A stretch of 58,452 nt of DNA, filler included, from Basidiobolus ranarum (taxonomy: Eukaryota): the NCBI GenBank assembly GCA_040143965.1. It is 6 parts of 6 records of this genome, joined end to end, with 100 filler letters (N's around TTAATTAATTAA, not from the genome) between each part and the next. Parts side by side here need not be neighbours in the genome. Positions count along the whole stretch, not along the records: positions 29,319 to 38,979 come from JASJQH010000796.1; positions 39,080 to 48,723 come from JASJQH010000797.1; 4 more parts are not named here. The stretch is one strand, 5' to 3'. Positions within the stretch are counted from its first letter, which is position 1. Each line of letters opens with the position of its first letter. Below the pieces are notes generated by a model that saw nothing but the letters and a program-made list of their open reading frames with translations, was not told the origin of the DNA and searched no databases. The translations under genes and the position numbers were made by a program. This document shows positions 36,123-45,333 of this stretch, in pieces.

Positions 36123-36468
36123 TGTAATTCAACAAAGTACTGTAGTGAAAGTTATCAAAGAACCGAAAGTCGAGCCCTTTAAGATCATCACTACTCGTTC
36201 GATTTTTCTTATGAGAAAATAGTGTGGGGTACAAAGAAACCAAAAATAATGGGGTGAAATGAATTTTTAGGCTCCCTATTTTCTTACAAGGTGTCCACCA
36301 AACGTTGATTAACCCAGACCAAACCTCGCAATAGAATTAATTTTATTAATTGCATTTGGGTATTGTGCATTGGGTATTGTGTATATATTTCCATTAACAA
36401 ATCGACAAATCGACAAATCAAATCAACCAATCTTTGATATTACAAAATATTCAAACCAACTTCTCGGA

Positions 36469-38979
36469 TCATTGAGTCTTGAGAGATTCTTCAGGGTCTT
36501 CATCTTCCGCTAGATATATGGTTAGTAAGCCTGCTTTCTTTCTCGCCTCTATGAAGCCAAATGGATCCGGTTCATAATGTCGGGGTCTCATCAACACCGA
36601 CGAGAATACCGCCAATTTATCCGTGAGTTCTGGGTCATTTGGCGGGCCATTCTGTATCAGCATTTTCAAGAAATGCGTCAAATATATAAATACATTCAGG
36701 TGTGCTCTTGGCAGCTCCTCTAGGGTCTTGATAAGTCCGATTAGAATTACTACCTTGGAGATGATATGGGTATTTATGAGCTGAATGGGTATTGAATCTT
36801 ACATCTGTTACTGGTTTCTTGCCCCCTGCAACTGCCGCCAAGCATCTATCGTATAAATCATATGTGATGACTGGCTCTGGCAAATTCCGTAGAAACCTGA
36901 GCAATGCTTCTGCCATGGAATGGATACCAGTGGAGCCTGTGGTGCTTTTAGTACTCGATGTGCTATTCGGTGGTTTAGTATTGGATGAGTTATTTAGGGG
37001 TTCAGCACTCGATACACTATCTGGTAGTTTTCCAGTCATCAAGGTATCATAGGCTGGTGGGCCCTCTAATAAGATTTTGGGGTCAAACGGATCACCGGTA
37101 TCCAAGCATTCTCTTATGTAAGTAACAAGGATTTCATCACCAGTCTCCAAGAAAAGCTTCTCCTATATCGCTGAATAAATATCCATTAGGGTTTCTTTTG
37201 CTAATGAAGTTCAAAGTTTACCGTGGTAGTCCCATGTCTCGAGAGGAAATCACACATTCTCCAAATCTCCCAGGGAATACTACGTTGAATATGTGTGGGA
37301 AGTGCTTGAATCTCCTTCGGATCTGCCTGTTGAATTGGCCCGTTGAGTTTAGACAGATAGTCGAGGGAAGTACCAAAGCAAGTAGGAATATATTCTCCAT
37401 AGACTTCAATAAAATATGCTTTGTCATTTTGAAGTGTTAAACTAATGATGTCTTTTAGCTCCTCTTGACCCATGTTTAGAGTTGATGCCGAAGTCTCATC
37501 TACTAGTATTGTTATGTTGATCTTTTTGCTTTCACCTAAGCGAGAAATGTAAACAACCAGCTAATCAAATAAATGGACCATCAAGTATATACCTGGGAGG
37601 AGCATATCGAAAGGTGGATTTACCCAAAGCCAAGGCTTGGATCGCTTCTTCGTATCACCGTGGGATGCAAACTTCATCTCAACAAGAGTCTGTCAAGATC
37701 CAATTTTTAGAACAGTTCCACGCAGCTCACTAACGAAATCAAATAACCTACCGGACTTGTATTTTCAACGGTGATCGTTCTGGACACTGAGACGTTATAC
37801 TTCACCTTACCAAAGTCAATTGAAAGAGGTGATACGGAGATCACAGCCGTCACTTCGTTTTCAAACTTATCCAAATCACGAGAGATCTCTCCTCGAACTG
37901 CATCGTATTTCTCAGTCAATAATGTTTTCACCTAGCATTCATAAAGATATTATGAAGATGGCTTATTTAGAATTCACCTAGCATGCATTAAGATATTCCG
38001 ACTTATTTACCTTGACGTCAAAGAAGGCGCTAACTGGCTTATGATCGCTGGATACCATGGAGCTCTGACTTTGATAGAAGAGCTGCTTTACATTTTCTTT
38101 CTTATTTGAGCACCATAATATACGATCGCACCAGGAGGGTACTCTTTTCTTCTCACTAAGCAAGTGACCAACGTTAAATAACTTGCAACAGAACGAAATG
38201 CCATACTAAAAATTCGTACTTGGGAGTCAAGATCACGCTACCGATTTCGTACTTGTAAGTAGGCAAGAAGTTCAACTTTCCTTCTTCAAATTCCGAGAAA
38301 GCCAAGCCTAACTCCTTTTGGGCATTTAGCTAAGATGATGTTTGCCATTTAGTTAGTGATAACAATGTGGTCACTGAAGAAACGAAATGGTTACCTGATC
38401 GTGTCGAATAAGCTCGTCCAATTGATCTTTCTCGAGTAAAGCGAACACTTTATCTTCTGGTAAAGCTACCCGGTAATTCAGATCCCCCAGCCAGAATAAG
38501 TTACTAGAATTGTGGTTATTACTAAAGTCTGATTGTTTGGTTATAAGAAGGCAATTACTCGTTATTGAATACTGAGAGTCCTCTGGAGTGAAGATTGTTT
38601 TCGGCATTACTCAGGCCAATGGCTGCTGCAACTCCAGGAGCGGTGGCGAAATACCGGGACGCGCCAACATGTGAGGGGAAGACTAATCGACGACAAATCT
38701 CTTGATAATCTTGATTCCTTCTGGATACTTCGTTGACTGAGGCAGCCAAGTGACAGTTTACAAAGCATAGGTAAGTGTCACGGAATTTAATTCTAATAGC
38801 AACACCTCCTTTATTTCCCTTAAGAGAAGTGATCGGTTAGTTGGAGTAATACAGAAAGTGAGTTTTCTAGAGCTCACCATCATCCCCATAATGCCACACC
38901 CGGCTGAGTCACTCGCTACATATTCAATATCCTTGACATGCTTCTTCTTAACATATATCATCAATAACATTCCAACCAG
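36469..38979 (-). CDS. OCRL/INPP5B-type inositol polyphosphate 5-phosphatase (5-phosphatase, ASH and RhoGAP-like domains), 5'-truncated, multi-exon
   Basis: [35 protein letters not shown] and [34 protein letters not shown] and [11 protein letters not shown]. Confidence 0.92.
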
Positions 38980-39079
38980 NNNNNNNNNNNNNNNNNNNNN
39001 NNNNNNNNNNNNNNNNNNNNNNNTTAATTAATTAANNNNNNNNNNNNNNNNNNNNNNNNNNNNNNNNNNNNNNNNNNNN
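38980..39079. other. Artificial contig linker
   Basis: N44-TTAATTAATTAA-N44. Confidence 0.98.
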
Positions 39080-39445
39080 ACTCACTGCCAATCAATGATG
39101 TTCAATAGATCTTTGTGTTCAAGTCAAAAGTAGCCCAATACACAAGCTAGTCACATTCAAGTAGGGAGTACTGTAACCAGATTGACCTAGAATGGTAAGT
39201 CGGCAAGGTTGAGCCGAAGAGGAAGTTTAAGTGAATCCTGACAGGTTATCGAAAGATTTTTGGGGTAGTTGCTAAGCCTGTTAAGTACTTGAATTCAAGG
39301 TAGTTTGGAGGCTTCCGTAACTCTTCCTATAAAATCAGGATTGATTAACTACTATCCCGTACTCCAAGAAATCTTTATCACAGCAACATCTCAAGTGGGG
39401 TAACTTGGCACTTCCATTGTCAATGTTACTGTGACCTTGAGCTAC
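39080..39445 (-). repeat. Copy A of the dynamin-like-gene upstream module
   Basis: The first ~125 nt are almost identical to 42750 onward (ACTCACTGCCAATCAATGATGTTCAATAGATCTTTGTGTTCAAGTCAAAAGTAGCCCAATAC...); similarity continues to ~39445/43115. Confidence 0.92.
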
Positions 39446-40177
39446 TTGTTTCTTCGAACGCATACATATGCTAATGTTTCAAAGTTTAGGATTCATGATG
39501 AATAAAAGTCCAACCCATTGCCGATCAATTATGTTGCCAACGATACAATAGTCAAGTGGGTGCTTAGGTTGGTGCTCTAACCCATCGCTTACCATATATC
39601 ACTCTCAAGGATTCAAATCTAGCACAACACATTATGACCAAAAGTTAATGACTAGTTCCTCAAAACACATAAATGACTCTATTGTACCACTTGAGGTAGC
39701 ATCCAGCTGGTATAATATGCTCATTTCTGAAGTAGCATCGGTTAGAATGTTGAGGTCGAAGAGAACTATACCCACCAGTGTATAATACTTATCATTCAGA
39801 TTTGTTTGATCAAGCCTTGTTGTCATGACACATCATATAATGATTCAATAGTGAAGTGGATTGAACTGCATGATTAGTCGGGGAGCTTTAGAGAATTATG
39901 GGCGAAATATAGGATAATTAGGACCTTCAAGAGTAACAGATCAAGTAATAGCTAACCTAAATATAAGATGCTAGTATATGAGGTACCTCATATACGAATT
40001 GTATTGCTAAGTAATATACATTCTTTTCACTATACATGCGGATTATCATGACATGGGCTTTTCTGCAATCGATTCCTTGGGACGCTCGTAAACTTGTTCA
40101 TAGCGACACCAGTAACAATGATTTCTCCCACTCCAAGACAACTTTCTCCAATAGCCGTATGTGTGGGTCTCAGCTCT

Positions 40178-42619
40178 CTAGATATGTTGAACAATATTGA
40201 CGAGACATTTGCTCTTAATCTGCTCCATAATTTTGCTACAAGCATTGAGCCTGAGATCACTCCAGATTCTAAGTTCAAGGCCCTTCACAGCTTCTGCTTT
40301 ATCATTCTGGAATCTGTGAATGTTAGTGTCAATGTCATCGAGGATGCCCTTACTTCCTTTTTCGATGTAGCTGGTGAAGTCGGCAATATGGTGGGAAAGG
40401 TGCGAGTGGATAGTGTCATCGAACTTGATCATCAGATCGTTGACAATCACATCCACGCTGCACTTGAAATCTTTCTTCTTAATGCATAGCCTGTCTCTAC
40501 TTTCTCTTAGTTTGGGCCCGAATAGGCGTGATATAAATGGCCGTTTCACTTGGACTTTGTATGTAGCTATGTTGGTGATCCGCATCACACTCTCTGTGTC
40601 AAAGATGTAGTCATGTATTTCAACCTCGTCAATAAAAGACACGATATTCCAGTCATCACAGCTATTTCTGAGCTCAGCTTTCAGTGCCTGTAACGTTTCG
40701 CTTAGTTCGTCGTTGATCCTCATGATCCAAAACTTAACAATATCGGGTAACCTCTTGTTGATAATTTGGAAAATTTGTTGTTTCACTTCATGTTCTTGGT
40801 CTTTGAAAAATATAATATCCTTCTGATTGTCTTCTGCAATCGTGTCTTTTGCTGCCATCTTGCAGCCACTTAACTGACTGCTTTTCCTTTGTAACTTCTC
40901 AACCTCCAGTTTGACTGATTCATATAAGTAATAGAGCGAGTCTCGTGAATAATCTGTCATCTTAATACTGTTGACCGCTATGAATCTAGTCAATCTCTCC
41001 TTCTTTGTGAAAATGTGGTCCTTCCATTGGCTAAGTGATTTGTTGAATAAAGCTCTGTTATTGTTGTTCATCTTAAGCTGTTGCTCGACGTTAAAGATGC
41101 TCTTGATTCCAGAATCTCTGATAGGACCTTTCAGCGAATCAAACAGTGACAGTTCCTTAATCAAGCTATTGCTGATGTACAGAACCGTATTTCCCTGGAT
41201 GTTCTTGATCAGTCCTGTATCCAGATAGTTCACTAGTCCAGTGACTCCAGAGTTAGTCAAGACCTTTGCCACCATCCTCTGTAGCTTTTTCATGGTTAAT
41301 TCCTCATAATCATCTTCCAGATCCTCTAGAGTGGTCACTGCATTGGACAAACATTTGTCGGCCCATATCATTGCTTCACTCCACTCGGGTTTTCTGCCAC
41401 TCTGCAAGATTTTGTCCATCTGGGATGTATGGAATGCGTTGTTGCCGGTAGTAATGAACACTTCCTCATACCCTTTGCTCTTGAATCGCTCCTTCAAATC
41501 CTCCTTTTTTTGCTGCTTTTCATGTAGATCCAGACCCTTCTCATATTCATCCCATCTGTTCGCAATCAGACAGAGATGCTTCCCTTTGTTGATGTTTGAT
41601 TCTGTGTAGGCTTTTATCGTATTTTCAGAGGTTGTATTGATCTTGTCGCACGGAAATGTCACCATTATACACACGGAGCGAGCCAATGCCTGCTTTGCAT
41701 ATTCCAGCAGGGTAGGATCCGTTTCTGATATGCCCGGAGTGTCTATGATGCGAATCCTACCGTTGATTCCGTTGAACCGGACCTTCACGACTGGCCACTG
41801 ATTGATATTTAATTTCACCGAGTTGTCTCGGACTATTCCATTCAGATTTTGTAAAACTGCAGCTATCTCCTCTCCTTCGTACCTATCAGCAAGGCCATAT
41901 TTGCGGAAGTCTTCACCCAGGAGTAGGATAGGGTTGCTATAGGTAATATCGTTCTCATACACCACAGGAACAGCGGTACACGTTTCAACATTTGTAAAAG
42001 CCAGGTTCATTCCAATGATGGTGTTGATAATCGTAGATTTGCCACTGTTGACTTCTCCAACCACACTGACAGTGAACACTGAGTGTTCAAGCTGTACAAT
42101 ATAGTCGTTGATAACACTAAAGTCACTGCGGAGGTCAGTAGACTTTATGGTTTTGCTTACATTAGAGATCGCAATGATTAGCTTCTCAGTTTCGTACTCG
42201 TTGATTCCTTTTCTGTCAATTTTAATGTTGGCCAATGCCACGGGATCAATGCTACTTTCAAGACAGTGGCTCACATAGTCATCAACATCCTTCCTGTCGG
42301 CAAACATGTAACATTCGTTTTTGTGGAAAAAAAAATCATTTAGTTTGTTGTCAGTGAATACATTGTTGAATGCGGGGTTCTTGGAATAGAATTCCTGGAC
42401 GTGGTTGACAAGGTTTACTTCTTTGGAGGGATTTTCGTTGGATAGCATGGCCAGCTTGCGGAGAGCCAGGGTATTGTTGAGCTGGCCTTTGCTGACCTCT
42501 TCTCGGATAATCATAATTCTTCTCTTTATGTCAGTTACGACCGCTCTTTCACTGCACTCCAGCAACAACTGGGATATCTGTTCGCTTTGGTTGTTCGCTT
42601 CAATTTGATCGAACGCCAT
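40178..42619 (-). CDS. Bacterial-type dynamin-like GTPase (CrfC/YjdA-like), 813 aa, intronless - paralogue 1
   Basis: G1 VVGEVNSGKST (42035-42058), G2 TCTAVP, G3 IIDTPG, G4 ANRWD; long helical C-terminus; ~140-aa N-terminal extension. Confidence 0.88.
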   Translation of the reverse strand: MAFDQIEANNQSEQISQLLLECSERAVVTDIKRRIMIIREEVSKGQLNNTLALRKLAMLSNENPSKEVNLVNHVQEFYSKNPAFNNVFTDNKLNDFFFHKNECYMFADRKDVDDYVSHCLESSIDPVALANIKIDRKGINEYETEKLIIAISNVSKTIKSTDLRSDFSVINDYIVQLEHSVFTVSVVGEVNSGKSTIINTIIGMNLAFTNVETCTAVPVVYENDITYSNPILLLGEDFRKYGLADRYEGEEIAAVLQNLNGIVRDNSVKLNINQWPVVKVRFNGINGRIRIIDTPGISETDPTLLEYAKQALARSVCIMVTFPCDKINTTSENTIKAYTESNINKGKHLCLIANRWDEYEKGLDLHEKQQKKEDLKERFKSKGYEEVFITTGNNAFHTSQMDKILQSGRKPEWSEAMIWADKCLSNAVTTLEDLEDDYEELTMKKLQRMVAKVLTNSGVTGLVNYLDTGLIKNIQGNTVLYISNSLIKELSLFDSLKGPIRDSGIKSIFNVEQQLKMNNNNRALFNKSLSQWKDHIFTKKERLTRFIAVNSIKMTDYSRDSLYYLYESVKLEVEKLQRKSSQLSGCKMAAKDTIAEDNQKDIIFFKDQEHEVKQQIFQIINKRLPDIVKFWIMRINDELSETLQALKAELRNSCDDWNIVSFIDEVEIHDYIFDTESVMRITNIATYKVQVKRPFISRLFGPKLRESRDRLCIKKKDFKCSVDVIVNDLMIKFDDTIHSHLSHHIADFTSYIEKGSKGILDDIDTNIHRFQNDKAEAVKGLELRIWSDLRLNACSKIMEQIKSKCLVNIVQHI

Positions 42620-43115
42620 TCTTCTATTTGAGTATCTGAGACAACGAGAGGAGCAATTTTTGTTAGATAACGAAACTCAGTTCCCATCAGACTTGGGGGT
42701 GGATGCTTATATACTCTTCATTTCCAGATTGAGTGAACCCAAATCTCCTACTCACTGCCAATCAATGATGTTCAATAGATCTTTGTGTTCAAGTCAAAAG
42801 TAGCCCAATACACAAGCTAGCCACATTCAAGTAGAGAGTACTGTAACCAGATTGACCTAGAATGGTAAATCGGGAAGGCTGAACCTAATGGCCAGCTTAA
42901 GTGAATCTTGACAAGTTTGAAAATAAGTCTTGGGGTGGTTGCTAAACCTGTTACGTTCTTGAATTCAAGGTAGTTTGGAGGCTTCTGTAACACTTCCTAT
43001 ACAATCAGGATTGATTTGCTGCTATGCTATACTCTATGAGATCTTTATCATGCCAACATTTCAAGCAGCGTAACTTAGTACTTTCATTGGCAATATCATT
43101 GCAACCTCAAGCCAT
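42620..43115 (-). promoter_or_regulatory. Copy B of the repeated upstream module (putative promoter of paralogue 1)
   Basis: Lies directly 5' of the ATG at 42619; TATATAAG on the minus strand at ~42706-42713; homologous to 39080-39445 and 43445-43778. Confidence 0.65.
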
Positions 43116-43444
43116 CAATATATTTTCTGTTGGCAAAAATGTGCAATTCGTCTTAATCCAAAAAGAATCACTTAGTTTGTTATCCTTGAAAGCGGAGTAG
43201 AGCATAGGGTTCTTAGAATCGAATCCCTGGATGTAGTTGAAAAGGTTTACGAGGGATTCTTGTTCGATACTACGGCTAGCTTGCAGAGAGACATGGTACT
43301 ATTGAGCTCGTCCCTGTTGGACTTCTCTCTGAGAACCATGATTCTTCTCTTTATGCCAATTGCGATCGCTCCTTCGCTGTACTCCAACAACAACTGGGAT
43401 ATCTGTTCGCTTTGGTTATTCACTTCAATGTGATGGAACACCAT
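43110..43444 (-). pseudogene. Truncated third dynamin-like paralogue (N-terminal ~110 codons, frameshifted)
   Basis: MVFHHIEVNNQSEQISQLLLEYSE...IKRRIMVLRE aligns to paralogue 1. After a frameshift it continues NLFNYIQGFDSKNP...FKDNKL and stops abruptly against module B. Confidence 0.9.
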
Positions 43445-43778
43445 TCCCCTATTTGAGTATTTGAGACAAGAGGAGACGGTTTTGTTGAATAATTAAACTA
43501 AGATCCCATCAGATTTGAAGATTGATGCATATACACCGTGTATTTCCAGATTGCGTGAACCCAAATCTCCTACTGACTACCAATCAATGACGTTCAATAG
43601 ATATTTGTGTCCAAGTCAAAAGTAGCCCAATACATAGCCTAACCACATTCAAGTAAAGAGTACTGTAATCAGATCGACCTAGAATGGTAGGCCGGCAAGA
43701 CTGAGCCGAAGAATAGATTAAGCGAATCCTGACAGGTTTGGAAATGGTTTTTGGGGCGGTTGATTAACCGGTTAGGAA
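43445..43778 (-). repeat. Copy C of the upstream module
   Basis: Colinear similarity to 42620-42955 (e.g. TTTCCAGATTG.GTGAACCCAAATCTCCTACT and AAGTCAAAAGTAGCCCAATAC). Confidence 0.9.
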
Positions 43779-45333
43779 TTACTCAGTCTTCCTTAGATTT
43801 GAGGTGTTTACATTTTGCCTAATACCATCAGATTTAATTTACTGGTTTTAAAATTTGATGTAACTAGTTTAGCACACCAAATAATGTTATCATTTATTGC
43901 TCCGATATGATATGGTGTTCTCATCTTGTGCATCAACCGATATTAGCAATAGCATTAGCCGGTATATTTTGCCTTGTTTGACAACGATTCAGTTGTAAGA
44001 TTCAACTGGAATTTTCATGTTTAAGGTGTCACTCAAGTCCATCCTCACTCTCGACCTCCTTGGGATCCACCCAAAAGCCTTCTTGTTTATGGCTTATAGC
44101 AGGCATTTATTTTGATACCACCATATATGAGAATTTCTTATACGTATCTAAACTTTCAAACTGGTTCACATATCCCCATACTTTGCACAAATACCTCTTA
44201 AACCTTATTGAACACGTGCTTATCACCAGTTTTACGAAGGATTAGGATTGTAAACAAGGCTAGCAGGTGTAACTTGTATTTAAATGATATTGATAAATCA
44301 ACTTAGTAGCACTTGAATCTCCTTGAAAGAAAATCCGTAGTGACACAGCTTCGATTTTCAAGATGTTCAACATCTTGCATTCCACTTGAATATTGGCAAC
44401 TGGTTATGATCATTATCCTACTTCCGCACTTTTTTCTGTCGCAAAAATATCTGAGCAGTAATTTTCAAGTTTAGGACATGTTGGCAAAATTGTTACAGAA
44501 GGTAGGATATTATGGAAGAATTATCTTATCACAGGATGTTGTTGCACATCAACCCTGGTACTAAAATTTTACATGTGAAATAATGAAGCAAAACTAATTT
44601 GTAAAAGCTAGTTCGCTTTCTAATAGAATTCAGTAAAGTAGTTATATTGCTCTCGCTGGAATACGGATTAGAAACGAAGATTTCTTGTTCTGACCCTACC
44701 TATGAGCTAACTATTAGCATTTATACTCTTACAGGGCCTTCATAGAGCTAACATTGAGGTTGTGTCTAAAGAAGCTTGAGGGATATATATACACAATTTG
44801 GTAGGATTTGTATGTTTCGGAGAATTTTCATTTTCTGTTTCCAAAATTTAATAAATTTATTTGTAAGTTTGGAATTAATTTCCAAATAGTGATATACGTA
44901 CAACTGGTTGCTAACTACTTGACTTGCAATAGTTCACCCCCTTGACCTTACCAGTGCTATTAATGCTCTATTTAAGCGATATATGTATGACATGATGTCC
45001 ACAGTGAGTTTAAGACCTATTTTAAGAAATATGGAATAACACGCGAACATAGATAAAAAATGATTTCTACAGGTTATTAAGCTGGACAGCATTAATTCAT
45101 TGGCAACAAAGCCTGAATGTGGCTAACGCGGTCAGGCATGATATCAAGTTTTCGGCTGATTCGAACTTAGCTCTGGGTTACACTTGACCATAAATTCCAC
45201 CGCAATTTATTGATTGATAATGGTTGCACCCTCAATGAGAACTGGAATCGTATGCAGTAGCAACCCCCAAGCTTGATAAAAGGTAATATAATGCAACCAA
45301 GCTTGCGAAACTAATTTTCACTTCTTAGTGTAA

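Noticed and set aside
43900-44560. Possible decayed LRR-like gene between the dynamin paralogues
   Set aside because: Only one vague LRR-like phrase among many stops.
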